This document shows, one piece after another, positions 22,535 through 35,696 of a stretch of DNA of 64,000 bases (the first letter of the stretch is position 1; each line of letters begins with the position of its first letter). The notes beneath the pieces were generated by a model, which saw only the letters and a list, made by a program, of their open reading frames with translations, had not been told where the DNA came from and made no database searches. The DNA is from Eledone cirrhosa. Its lineage: Eukaryota. Position numbers and translations under genes: made by a program. Location: assembly GCA_964016885.1 (NCBI GenBank), contig OZ024744.1:104284001-104348000 (forward strand), in the 5' to 3' direction.

Positions 22535-25500
22535 ATGACCTCACTCAGAATAGGCAGCATAAATGCGCGTGGCTTGCGGTCGTCATGGAAGCAGGGCCAC
22601 CTGCTCAACGACCTCAGGTCACTAAACATAGATGTAGTAGCCAGTAGCGAGACCAGAATCTCCGAAGCACGGGCCTTCGCACCGATCTTCGGCGGCTACG
22701 ATGTGTACGCATCTCCCAGCCGTCCTGGATCGGGGGGAGGAGTTGCTGTGCTTTTTCGGAGAGGTTTGTGTCTCGCCATACGGGCCATCTTCCTGGACCC
22801 AGAAGGTAAGTTGGTGGTGCTAGACGTGACCAGCGGAGACGGGCAAGCTTTCAGGCTAGTGGCCGTCTATGCCACGACAGGAGCAGGGTGGCCTGATTTC
22901 TTCCGGCGTCTGGAGACTTTTCTTGGAACGTCCCGCTCTTTAGTGTTAGTGGGTGACTGGAACGGGATCTTAGATGCACGCTGAGACTGTGGGATTAGCG
23001 GATAGGGGAGGAGGGTGCAAGAGCCTCACCAACCTGCTCAGGCGTTTTGAACTGTCTGACAGGTACCAATTGGATTTCCCGAATGTACCAATGTGGACTT
23101 GGACAAATCGTATAGGGTCATCCAGATCATATCTAGATAGAGTATTTTGTAGAGAAATAGATAGGTCTAGCATAGGCTGTCCACAATTCAAGATAGTCAG
23201 CTACACGGACCACAAATTCGTGATCTGTGTGCTTGACTTAGATAGGCTTCATAGACGAGGACCCGGCTACTGGAAGCTAAACACGTCCTTACCAGCGCGC
23301 AAGGCCTACAGAGACCGGATTAGCGAACTAATTAAGCGGGCGTTGACGGGGGCCATCGTCAACAACAAGTGGTGGTTTGCTCTGAAAAGAGAAATTAGAA
23401 TAGAGTCCATTAGGTTTAGTAAGGCTTTAGCAATAGAGAAAAATAGAGCAGAGGGAGAATTAGTTAGAAAATTAGACGGGGCGCTTAGCAAAGGTATCGC
23501 GACCGACGTACTTGCGGCGAAATTGGCCCTTGACCAATTCTTCAATGCGAAGCACGAAGGCTGCGTTGTCAGAGCTAGGGTGCGTGCTTTCAGACACGAG
23601 GGGAGGAAAGCCGTTCAATGGGTCCGAGTGGCGGAGGCGCGTCGTGGCAACAAAGCCACGATCCGGTCTTTGGTGGACCACAACGGGCGCATGCTACTCG
23701 ATCCCGGGCAAATGTGTGAAGCTTTTCAGCGACACTTCGCTCAGTTGTTCGGGGGCAGCAGTGGGCCGGGTAGAGGGATGGACTTTAGTGTCTACCTCGA
23801 CGGACTGCCGCGGCTCCCGGCCACTGATGCGGAGTGTTGCGAAAAGCCGATAACAGCCGCTGAAGTACGGGAGGCAATGACTAGCTGCACAAGGGGTAAA
23901 TCGTCTGGTTTAGATGGTCTGCCCTATGAACTCTACGTACAGATGCCAGACTTGTTCGGAGGCCTCTTGGCGGACGTCTACTGCAACTGGCAACAGAACG
24001 GGAGAATTCCCAGCTCTGTGAGCCGAGGAGCTGTGGCGCTGCTGAGAAAGGATCCGAACAAGGGGGATAACATAGATAATTTTAGGCCCATAACTCTGCT
24101 AAACACAGAGTTCAAGATTTTGGCCAAGGTGCTAGCAAAGAGGTTGGCGCTTGTCGTTGGTGGTCTGGTGGGAGAGGCGCAGACATGCGCCATTCCCGAC
24201 AGATCCATCCACGACAACCTCCACCTCATGCGATACATCGTAGAGAGGGTAGCTAGGGAACCTGGCACGGGTGGGTCCTTGATCAATTTAGATCAGTCGA
24301 AAGCTTTCGATAGGGTCGACCATCGTTACCTAGCGGCAGTCCTGAGGGCGGCTGGCTTTGGGCCCGTCTTCAGAGGCTGGATCGCTGCCATGCACAGCGA
24401 CATCTGCTCTGTGGTGAGAGTGAACGGTCACCTTTCGGTACCCCTCAACATCATGCGCTCGGTCCGCCAAGGATGTCCCCTCTCGTCCCTCTTGTACGTA
24501 TTGACTCTCGAGCCATTACTGCACAAACTGGAGACGTTGAGAGGGGTCCCGCGCGAACTAGGATGCGGAAGATCCGTGTCAGCATATGCGGACGATGTCA
24601 CCGTAGTGGTGTCGAACGCCAAACACATCGAGGCGATCGGCACTACACTAAGAGAATACGAAGCGGTGACAGGAGCAATGATCAACCAGGAAAAGTCAGT
24701 GGGCCTGCAGCTCGGCACCTGGAGAGGCAGGTCCATGCCGTCCAACAGCGTCGTCGGGCGCTGGACGGACGGACGGACGGACCAGTTAAATTGCTCGGGG
24801 TCTGGTTCGGTCCGAATCTCCAGACGGACAAAAACTGGGACGAGGTGACGAACAGGTTGGCTTCTCTCACCCAGATATGGGCGGAGTGGAAGCTATCCCT
24901 GAAAGGTCGAGCGGAGGTGGCTAACGCGTATATCGCGTCCGTCATCTACTACCGCCTGACCGTCGTACCTTGTCCTAAGCCCCGCCTGACTGCGATGGAG
25001 CGTTTGCTCTTTCGCTTTTTGTGGAAGGGACGCGCTCCGATGGTCAGGCGGTTCATCTGCTGTCAACACCCGCTACGTGGAGGGCTGGGAATGCCGTGGC
25101 TGATGATGCGCAGACACGCGCTCAGGCTACGACATCTCCACCTCTTCCTCGACGGTGATCAGGTGTGGTCTCCGTTTGCTAGACGCGTCTTTCCCCAGCT
25201 CGTCTCCTTGACGGAGCTGCAGTCCTGGGTCAAGCGAAGACCGAGAGGGAGCGCTTGGAGACTGGAATGTCTTCAGGCGCTCACAGCCCTCGACCACTCG
25301 GGCAATGTGATCGGTGGAAACTCCACCTTGGCGTTCTATAGAGGATTAGTGGAGGGGAAGAGCGACGACGTACTTGGGGAAACTCTAGGCGTCGACGAAA
25401 ATCAACTAGCCAATCTCTTCGGAAGAACTTTCGGGCCGGGGCCTATGGACAACTTCCAGAAATCCCTGGCCTGGCAGTGTTACCGAGGAGCTTTTCCAGT

Positions 25501-25960
25501 TTGGGATAAACTCTACAGGCATGGAGGTGCCGTCAGCCGGGCATGTCCGAGATGCGCGCAGGGCGACGAAACCGTCCCGCACGCACTCGTCCAGTGTCCG
25601 AGCATTGCTGACTTGTGGGTTTATGTCGAACACCTGCTGTCGCGTGTAGGACGGATCCAGCTATCAGCTGAGTCCATCGTGAGGATTGCCCCGCCCTCTT
25701 CCTTTAGCCGGGAATTGCAGGCAGTTTTTATCTGTCTGGTGGCCATGGCGAAAGAGATAGTATGGTGGATACGTTTGAAAGGACTGAAGACGAGCACTTA
25801 CTTCTTCGGTGATGCCCTGATTAACTTTTTCAAATTTCATTTGAAAAGGAAAATCAGGGTAGAAAGGGAAGTGCTCTCTTCCCAGCTTTTTGTTGAAAGA
25901 TGGGTGAGAGAGGCAAGAATGGCCCGAGTGAATGGGCCTACTCTGAGTATGTGTCTGTAA
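22535..25960 (+). pseudogene. LINE ORF2 (APE endonuclease - reverse transcriptase - C-terminal CCHC), two frameshifts
   Basis: SINARGL, GDWN, YLDRVF, TDH, WKLN, GLDG, FRPITLLN, QGCPLS, AYADD and CPRC..ET..HALVQC. Shifts at ~22980 and at the (ggac)n slip ~24770. Confidence 0.93.
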
Positions 25961-26199
25961 ATTAAAAGTGGAAAACTGGGAGAGGGCACTTGCCCTAGTG
26001 GTCAGGGTCACTGTGGCTTTTTAATGGGCTTTCTCCACGAATGTCCCTCGGAAGTCTCCCCCCTATTGGGGAATTTTTTCATTGTTCTATTATTACATCC
26101 TCTGTTTCTTGTTTTTTACACGCAGAAATGCCCATTTGTACCGTCCTGTATTGTCCTTAATGTCTACTTTATGTAGACCCTTGTGGTTAATAAAGAAAG

Positions 26200-26230
<31 letters not shown>

Positions 26231-26232
<2 letters not shown>

Positions 26233-28724
26233 AGTTGCATTTATCTTGCTTTATGTTCATACGAGTTATCACCAAGTCACAACCAGTGACCTCAAGAGAC
26301 AACAAGGTCTGCCATGTTCAAGAAAGAACATACATACTCACACATGCATCTTTAGTGTTTAGACTTGTGATGTACTTATATTGACAGAATCTTCCTTAGT
26401 ATATGGGCAGTTCCCATTAGTACTATCTTTTGTATTTCTCCTATACGCGGGTTTCTTGGGATGATCGATAAGTAATCATTAGACCCCTTAGGTATCATTC
26501 CCAGAGCGCCTACAACCACTGGTATTATTTTAGTTCTCAATTTCCACATTTTTCCAATTTCTATCTCCAGGTCCTTATACTTGCTCAATTTTTCAAATGT
26601 TTTTATAGATACATTCTTGTCTATTGGAACAGACATATCAATTAGCAGGCATACCCCCTTTTTAAAGTCCTTCAATATTATATCAGGTCTATTTGCATCT
26701 ATTTTTCGGTCTGTTTGGATGCTAAAGTTCCACAAGATTGAGATGTGATCTTTTTCAAGTATGGGAGGTGGTTGATGGTCCCACCAATTCTTTTGATGGG
26801 GCAGGTCAAAATGCTTACACATTATCCAATGTATGTATTGTGCAGCTCTGTCATGCCTGTTTAGGTATTCGGTTGGAGCTATAGGACTGCACATTGAAAT
26901 TATATGGTCAATGGTCTCTGGTTGTTTTTTGCATACACGGCATAATGGGCTGCATCCATTTTTTATTATGTTGGCTTGGTAATTTTTTGTTGGTAGACAC
27001 TGATCTTGTGCTGATATAATCAGTCCTTCAGTCTCCGATTTCAGTCCAGAGGATGCCAACCACTGATGGGTTAAGGTTTTGTCAACATCAGGATTGTTAG
27101 TTCGCTCTGGGTATTTTCCATACAGAGGCTTTTCTTGCCATTTCTTAGCCAGTTTCTGTAGCAGTTCTTTCTTTGCAGTTACTTTTACCTGCTTTGCTTT
27201 TTCTGTGTTTTCCATTTCAGCAGTAAATGGGACTTCTGAAATGTGTAGTCCATTACTGTATCTTTGTGCATCTTTTGTAATGGAATATGATCTTTTGATG
27301 CTTTCGTGTTTCAAAACGAGTTTGATCATCCAATCATGTGATTCCCTTAGATATGTAGATAATCCAATTGTTGCAGTTTTCAACGCAATGTCTAACTGGA
27401 TTAACCCACGTCCTCCTTCTTTCCTAGGGAGATATATTCTGTCTATATCTGCCTTAGGGTGATGCATTCTGTGCATGGTTAAGAGTTTTCGAATTTTTGT
27501 ATCGAGCCTACGGATCTCTGTGCTTGACCAGTTGATGACATTGAAACTGTAGGTTACTACTGGTATGGCAAGCGTGTTTATGGCATCCATCCTATTCCTT
27601 GCATTCAATTACGTTCTTAAGATTGCTCTTACTCTGCGGTAACATTCCTTCCTTATCCTTTCCCTCATTGTCGAGTGCTTGATTCCGTCTCCTTCACAAA
27701 CACCTAGATATTTGTAAGTTTTTTCTTGATCAAGTTCTCTTATCACGTTCCCCCGATCAAGATTAATGTCTGAACTCTTCAGCAGCTTTCCTCTGGTGAA
27801 CGTTGCTTTGGCGCATTTATCTAGTCCAAACTCCATTTTAATGTCATCACTGAACTGCTCCACAGTGGATAATAGCCCTTGCAATTGTTCATCATTTTTT
27901 GCAAATAGTTTCAGGTCATCCATGTAGAACAAGTGATTAATGGTTTTGTCATAGACTTTATATCCATGTTTTGTTTCATTGAGCATTTTACTTAATGGTA
28001 TAAGTGCGATGCAGAATAAAAGCGGTGATAAAGAGTCACCCTGAAAAATTCCACAATTAATATTAACTTCTCCAGCTTCCAGTGATTTTGTTTCACTATT
28101 CAAAAGGAGTGTCGTTTTCCATGTCTTCATACTGAATGACAAAAGCCTCCTGACAACGGGGGATATTTTGAAAATCTCTAAACATTTTTCAATCCAACTG
28201 TGTAGCAAACTATCGAATGCTTTTTTATAATCTATCCAAGCAATCGATAGATTTTTGTGTCTATTACGACAATCTTCCAGTATCATTTTGTTAACCAGAA
28301 GCTGATCCTTACAGCCATGTGAGCCTCGTTTACACCCTTTCTGCTCAATGGGAAATAGGTCATTTGTTATCAGGTGGTCATATGTGTATTCAGTTAGGAC
28401 TGATGTTAAAATTTTATACATTGTGGTCAAGCAAGTTATCGGTCTGTAATTTTGGGGATTGTTTGTCTCATCATTCTTCGGAAGCAGGAATGTAATGCCG
28501 TTAACTAGCCATGATGGTATTTTTCTGGCTCCTTAACTATTTCATTGTAAAGTTGGGCTAACAGCTCATGAGACTCTGTGAAGGCATTTATCCAAATTTT
28601 TGTATTTTGTCTTTTCCTGGGGATTTCCATTTGCTGGTTTTTCCTAGAGCCAAGCGCAACTGTTCAATTGTTATATTTTCCCATATTTGTTCCTCAAGGT
28701 GAGCTGTATCTTTCATTTGTCTGT
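26231..28724 (-). mobile_element. 5'-truncated R4/Dong-clade element, second family
   Basis: ORFs 27609-28430 (QGDSLSP, YMDDLK) and 26376-27608 (CRVC..H...C, RHD, RPDIIL..LIDMSVP..EKLSKY). (TAA)n at both ends. Confidence 0.93.
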
Positions 28725-28737
28725 CTATTATTATTAT

Positions 28738-28821
28738 AAATGCCCATTTGTACCGTCCTGTATTGTCCTGTACTGTCCTTAATGTCTACTTTATGTGAAC
28801 CCTTGTGGTTAATAAAGAAAA

Positions 28822-28866
<45 letters not shown>
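28738..28866 (+). mobile_element. 3'-terminal ~85 bp of the Tx1/L1 family plus (ATT)n
   Basis: Near identical to 26126-26200. Confidence 0.9.
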
Positions 28867-28873
<7 letters not shown>

Positions 28874-28891
28874 TATACACATATATATATT

Positions 28892-29382
28892 ATTCTTTGA
28901 GTCTCGGTCATTGATGTTATTTAACTGGAAAGTTTGTTGAAATGAATATCAAGCCACTACCTGCAGCCTCAGATATTCAGGACGTATCGGAGGGTTCTTG
29001 CTGTTCCCAGCAAGCATGCCTTTTGAAGCGTTCCAAAAAGCGTGAAGGGGCCGATTTTCTTTAACCATCCCTGGAAACTTTTGGAGATAGTCCCCAGTGC
29101 GCCTATGACAATCGGAATCACTTTGACTTCATGGCAGTTCCAAATCCTTTTCACCTCCCACTTTAGGTCCTGGTATCGGTTAATTTTCTCCCTCTCCTTC
29201 TCTTGCACTCTCGTGTCGAAAGGGCAGGCCACATCCACAATCAGACACGATCTTGTTTCTTTGTCCACAACCACCAGGTCAGGTCTATTGTGTTCCAGTT
29301 TTTTGTCCGTCTGTATCCTAAAATCCCACAGCACCTTCACCTGATTGTTCTCCATCACCGCCTCTGGCCTATGCTCATACCA
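28892..29382 (-). mobile_element. Short 3' fragment of R4/Dong family 1 (intact RLE frame)
   Basis: ORF 28969-29385, same 3'UTR as 13270. (TTA)n at 29383-29438. Confidence 0.92.
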
Positions 29383-29441
<59 letters not shown>

Positions 29442-29449
29442 TGAGTGCA

Positions 29450-29830
29450 GCTACTTTCCTGTTGGAATCAGGGCCTTGTTTTCTTACTTACTAGAACTTT
29501 AGTCTTTGCTAAGTTGACTTTGAGGCCTTTAGATTCTAGGTTTTTGCCTCCTTGTCTGGAATTTTTTCTGTTATTCCACTGTGAGAATTTAGTCATTGTC
29601 ATATAGAAGCTAGTCATAGTTCTCTCATATAGACTGTCATAAACAGACGCAGGCTGAGAGAAGAACCCTGGTGAACGCCATCCACATGCTAAACTCATCA
29701 TTATATTCATTGTTCACTGCCCCTCGTACATGGCTTATGCAGCCGTCACAAGATATTGCTTTACCCCTAGTTGGCTAAGGTCTTGCCAGATTATAGAGTG
29801 GGATACCCTGTCAGATGTTTTCCCCTTAAC
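29450..29830 (-). mobile_element. Degraded RTE fragment
   Basis: LESKGLKVNLAKTKVLVSKK matches the RTE RT. Confidence 0.7.
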
Positions 29831-30108
29831 AAATATTAGGTAGAGTGGTTTCTGTTTATATATACTTCAACTGTGCTACATGTACCAGATACCCCCCTAC
29901 ATATCTACCATATACCCCCTACATATCTACTATATGCCCCACCACCACTATTACTATCAAGACCACCTCCACCATCAACATCACCACCACTGCCACTACC
30001 ACCACCACCACCGCTACTGCCACCACCACCACCAACCACCACCACCACCATCACTACTACTACCAACACCACTACTAACATTGAAATATTACACTATATA
30101 TATATATG

Positions 30109-30186
<78 letters not shown>

Positions 30187-30201
30187 TAGATAGATAGATA
30201 T

Positions 30202-30274
<73 letters not shown>

Positions 30275-30704
30275 TAGCTTAGAGTTTAGACTCAAAGAGG
30301 TCATTTACAATCATTTCAGCTCTAGGAATCGCTTCTGAGCAGTATAAATTAATATTTTAAACGTGTCTAGGTACCAAGGCTTTTTGCCCATATGAGTCTG
30401 TGAGTATTGATTTATTATTTTCTAGATCGTACAGGCAGACCTTATGTTGTTGAATTAAGATTTTTCACTCTAGCGATCTTATTAGTCAATTGCAACTATA
30501 ACATGTAAATGTTCATCAAATATTAATTTATATATATATATATACCTTTCATTTATATATATATGTATATATATATATGTAGGAGGTGAGTTTTATTGTA
30601 GTACAATAAAGCAATGCAGATATCGGATAAGAAGCACTCTACAATTTGTAGGACTGGAGTATACATAATATATAAGATCAAAAGATGGTTAAAAGAGTTC
30701 CATG

Positions 30705-30775
30705 TATTTTATTATGCGCATTTCAAAAACAAATATCATCATGCAATAACATTTGTGTTTTCATCAGATAAAATA
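30705..30775 (-). ncRNA. Type I hammerhead ribozyme (family E, minus copy)
   Basis: Exact reverse complement of 30881-30951. Confidence 0.88.
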
Positions 30776-30880
30776 GGCAGACATGATATGAAGGTTAAAA
30801 AACACTTGTGGATAGTGCAGTTTTAAATCAACATATGTTGATTTAAAACTGCACTAGTGTTTTTTAACCTTATGTCTTCC

Positions 30881-30951
30881 TATTTTATCTGATGAAAACA
30901 CAAATGTTATTGCATGATGATATTTGTTTTTGAAATGCGCATAATAAAATA
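30881..30951 (+). ncRNA. Type I hammerhead ribozyme (family E)
   Basis: tattttat-CTGATGA-aaacacaaatgttatt gcat gatgatatttgttttt-GAAA-TGCGCA-TA-ataaaata. Perfect 8-bp stem I and palindromic stem III. Confidence 0.88.
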
Positions 30952-31041
30952 CATGGAACTCTTTTAACCATCTTTTGATCTTATATATATATATTATCAA
31001 GAAAACGAAAAATCAGTGATGCATCTGGATTTAGTTTATTT

Positions 31042-31132
31042 CGTGTTACAAATGTTTCGCCGGCATGTAGCTCGAGTCATGGTCCTTGTATGGATCTGGC
31101 TGATTCTACTTCTGCGGGTTCTTTCAGACACG
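31042..31132 (-). ncRNA. Hammerhead-like motif with enlarged stem II (family F)
   Basis: Minus: cgtgt-CTGAAAGA-acccgca...(~60 nt)...tgccggc-GAAA-CATTTG-TA-acacg-AAATAAA. There is one extra A in the core. Confidence 0.6.
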
Positions 31133-31796
31133 TCTGTTATGTCCGTAGCAAATTTTATCACTGGGGTGTTATCAAAACAACCCCTCTAAAAACCTTCTTT
31201 CCACTCTTGTCATGTCATTGGCTGTTTTTACTCCACGTCATCACAAGTTCTGGTCAGTATCTGCTGCCACACGGTTCATCAACTATTTTCCGTCCGACAT
31301 ATTTCAATGGAGTCATGCTGAGTTCAGTACTTCACACGTCTGCTCACACTTCAGAGTAAGCACACACACATACTAGAATAAACACATAGTAACACACACA
31401 TATATATACTCGGACATACACCTATCTATGCATTCACACTAGTAGGTCTACAAGCTCAGACACCCACACCGCCACATACATACATCGCAGTATATATACT
31501 CACACATCCTCTCTCCCCCATCTCCCATGGGCCCAGTCACACACACTTGTTGATACATGCCGCCACGAGCCTTCTGACTGTTCTGAGTCAATTGGGTAAG
31601 CATGTCATATTCAAACGTACACATATAAACATACGCATGCACGGACGCACACATACGGCCAACCTTCTATACATTTAAATATATATATATATATATACAC
31701 AAACACGCTCATACACACGCATATATACATACACACATACATTCACATACATACATATATACGCACATGTGCATACACATATATACATACACACCT

Positions 31797-31897
31797 AGGA
31801 TTTTTTCATTCTGATGAATGAAAGTAAATATCGTTTGCTTTCAAGAGACCACTGGTAAATGAAACGACTATCCTATGTCGTTCATTACATAACTATA
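31797..31897 (+). mobile_element. Family A pLTR fragment with mutated HHR (GAAA>GAGA); further damaged copies at 32071-32175 (-) and 33290-33402 (-)
   Basis: Homologous to 466-564. Confidence 0.8.
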
Positions 31898-32511
31898 TGT
31901 ATATATATACATATATATACACACACATACACATACATACACACACATATATACACAAACGTAAACTCACACATGTCCACACACACATACGTACATAAAC
32001 ATTGCCTACACACGCACCTACACACACACATATATATATATATATTTTTTTTTTTTATATAATTATATACATAGTTATGTAATAAACAACATGTGGTTTC
32101 TTAAAAGCAAAAGATTTTGCTTTCAATCCTCAGAATGAAAAAATCCTGGTTTGTTTATTGAATTTGGATTTTAAAAAACAAAAATGCAATCTATATGAAA
32201 GTGAGGCTGGAGAAAGAAGAAGGAAAGGAAAAATAAAATAAAACCACACATGCAAACACACACACAAACACGTACACACACACACAAAAGCATATATACA
32301 CACACACATATATATATATACATACACTCATACATACTCACACACATATATACACACATATATGTGTATATAAATACACACATACACATACATATACACA
32401 TACATACATACGCACATAAATATCAACACATCCATACATACACATACATATATACAACCACACACACATATATACACACATACATACATATAGAAACATA
32501 AATATATATAT

Positions 32512-32578
<67 letters not shown>

Positions 32579-33010
32579 TGCATACACATACACAAACATA
32601 GCCATATACACATACATATACATACATACATACATGCACACAATCATACATATATACACACGTACATACATACACATACATAAACGCGTACATATACATG
32701 TACAAAGTTAGGAAAATATACACTCCTCTACATATTCACACACAAATAAATATAAGAAAAAATATATATAAAAAAATAAAATAATAATAAAGATTATTAT
32801 AGAGTTGACAGCGATACAGGTAGATGAACAGACACGCGTGGTAAGTAATACACACAAATGCACGTATACATACGTACGAGATAGTAAATACATACACACA
32901 CTCTCACACATAAATATACATATACAAATACATAAACACATACATACACATACACAAATACATGCACAGACACGCACACACACACGTATACAATTATACA
33001 CACACATATA

Positions 33011-33046
<36 letters not shown>

Positions 33047-33170
33047 TAAAAATACACACACACATACACACACATATATATGTATACATACACACACACA
33101 TGCATACATAGCTATACAATTATACACATACAAATACGTACATATTATAAACACGCACAACCAAATACAA

Positions 33171-33217
<47 letters not shown>

Positions 33218-33446
33218 CTTACACACATACATGTGTGTGTGTGTAAAACTCAGTCTTAGATAATTCATATGAACCTTACATAATCAAATATATAGTAGTA
33301 AGGTAATAAAGTAAAAAGCAACATAGTGGTTTTTTAAAAGCAAAAAAATGTTGCCTTCAATCCTCAGAATGAAAAAAAAAAAAAAAAAAAAACCTGGTCT
33401 ATCTACATATGCATATACATACACACACATATATAAATATATATAT

Positions 33447-34330
33447 GATATTAAATAAATGGAAACTATATTTATAAAACCATATTTATTTCGTTATATA
33501 TATTTCAGGGATATCATATTAACAATATGTTATGCCTTCTTCAGACAAAATACAATATAAACAGTCTTATAAATAAATAAATAGATACGACATACCTGTG
33601 TATATATATACATATATACACATAAATATACATACACATACACATAGGTATGTGAAGGGCAAGCCAAAAAGAATATATGGGGAGGGGGGGGAGACATAGG
33701 AAAAGGTGAAATATAAGGGGAGATAAGGGAGAAAAAAATATATACAAGAGTACAGAACGTAGATTCAGCAAAATAAAAAAACCGTAGCAGAAGTAAAGAG
33801 CAGGAAAGGAGTTCAAGGCGGTTGATTTATCATAGGAGTGTCAATCCAGTTACAGATCAGATGCGATTTCAGATGAGGACAGCATCTGAAGATCTCAGTC
33901 TTTGAGTTAAGGCAAGCGGAAGTGGCTCTCAAGTTTAGCAAAATCCTATATTTTTCTGTGGTACACAAAGAACAATTCTTTGTGCCCCTTTGGTACTCCC
34001 TCGAATGGTCTAATATAGACCAATCGATAGAGTACGGGATGTTACTATCCTTGAATTCCCACACCTTACTTGCGAGGGCCGTTGATGTTCGTTTATCGGA
34101 GTGCTTAAAAGAAGCGACATGTGAGTAAAATCTGGTTTTAAACCTGTCCTGGGTCATACCGACATATTGCTCACTCCTGGCTGGCTGGTTGTTGATTACC
34201 GGTGTTATTTTAGCCTCATAAACAACAGATGTGGTGTTACATTTACCCTGCAATGGGCATTCATCCGGCTTCCTGCAACTGCATCCTGGATTTGTTCTCG
34301 TATGGTTTGAACTGGTGATTTTGGACTTCA
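33447..34330 (-). mobile_element. 5'-truncated Penelope-like (Naiad-type) element: CxCx5C finger + GIY-YIG + 3' pLTR
   Basis: CSCRKPDECPLQGKC..VVY..YVGMT...FKTRFYSH...CSLCTTEK...LNSKTE...CPH, open to the stop at 33813. Confidence 0.92.
33487..33552 (-). ncRNA. Type I hammerhead ribozyme (family G) in the pLTR of the 33447-34330 element
   Basis: Minus: tattttgt-CTGAAGA-aggcataacatatt gtt aatatgatatccct-GAAA-TATATA-TA-acgaaata, overlapping AATAAA. Confidence 0.85.
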
Positions 34331-35057
34331 TATATATACATATAGATATATACGCACAAAAGAAAAAGAAAAAGAAAAAAGGACAACTTAACATGCATAC
34401 GCATATCCACACATATACATAGAAATACCCACGCATAGGCCGAACTACATACATCTACACATGCGTGCGCATACATGCTGTCGCATGCATACACATGCAC
34501 GCATGCACATCTGCCTACCCACACGGAAGTGCCACCACATATACATATACATGTACATATATAAACACACCTGTAAGTGAACAGTTGAAAATACATTATG
34601 CAATAAAAAACAGTATAATAACATAAAACTGTATAATAACAAGAAAAATATACAATGAAATATAATATACAATGTGGTATATATATACACACACACACAC
34701 ACATACACATACGCACCTACGTATACATATATACACAGACGTACACAGACTCATACGTACATATAGGCATATATACGGGTATGTATAGAGGGTATGTGAT
34801 AAAATAATACAACATGAATAATAATAATAATGAAAAAAACATATATAGTCCATATATAAACATCCGCACACATTCCCAAGAGACGCACATAAACACATAC
34901 ATGTATGCACAAATACATATACACACATATAGAGGCCCGTGAATGCATGCACCTGCACCTGCACCCACACACACAACGACATATATACACCTATACACAT
35001 CCACACATATATATATACACACACCTACTCATATGTGGCTATACGTACTTACTCATT

Positions 35058-35094
<37 letters not shown>

Positions 35095-35537
35095 ACCCCC
35101 CTATCCACACACGCACAGACACTCCGACCCACAAAAACACCCCCCACACACACCCCTTCCTAAACATGCAACCCCGTTTATCCCCCAACCCTTACTTTCA
35201 CATACACACACACACACACACACACGCACACCTACACACACACACACCACCTTCAGCCCTCCCCGCTCGGACACCCCGTCTCCCTCTCCCCACTCCACCC
35301 GCCACCACCCCTACTCACCCCCACCCTTCCACCACCTGTTTACCCCCCTTTTAATTTCAGTTTATTTTGATCATGCCTTTATTTTTAAATTTTCTCATTC
35401 CTTGTATTTTGATCATGCTTTATTTTTATTTTTTATCTTTATTTGTTTTTTTTTCATTCGCACCGTTTCCTTTCGCTATATGTCTCTCCACCACTCCCCT
35501 ACACACCTTTTGAACTCTGTTCCCACACACTTCTCAC

Positions 35538-35568
35538 CTGAGGAAGGGCTTATGCCCGAAACGTCGTC
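35538..35568 (+). ncRNA. Minimal hammerhead core (family H) in a Penelope-like pLTR end (~35350-35660)
   Basis: CTGAGGA-a-gggc ttat gccc-GAAA-cgtcGTC, AATAAA at 35604, ends in (TA)n. Stem I is not evident. Confidence 0.6.
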
Positions 35569-35655
35569 CCCCACCTAGCCCCCACTCTCCTGAGCATGAA
35601 ATTAATAAACATTTATTGTACTGCCTCTCTGTTTTGTCCCTGTTCAAATTTTTTC

Positions 35656-35691
<36 letters not shown>

Positions 35692-35696
<5 letters not shown>

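Larger units (their letters stand above)
20235..26200 (+). mobile_element. Near full-length Tx1/L1-clade LINE embedded in (TTA)n
   Basis: ORF1 fragments 20447-~22500 plus ORF2 APE-RT. AATAAA at 26190. (ATT)n at 20154-20234 and 26201-26230. Confidence 0.92.
30580..30990. mobile_element. Penelope-like fold-back remnant with two intact HHRs (family E)
   Basis: Palindrome 30668-30987 centred on catatg at 30832-30837, extension 30580-30667, (TA)n flanks. Confidence 0.8.
31350..35350. repeat. (TA)n/(CA)n/(TACA)n low-complexity field with embedded Penelope fragments
   Basis: Directly visible simple repeats. Confidence 0.95.

Noticed and set aside
13483-29344. ORFs antisense to the LINE coding regions
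   Set aside because: Shadow frames of RT/EN genes with no independent motifs.
33290-33402. Family A pLTR as the 3' end of the 33813 GIY-YIG element (module swapping)
   Set aside because: That element has its own HHR at 33487-33552. The family A piece is a separate insertion beyond a (TA)n tract.
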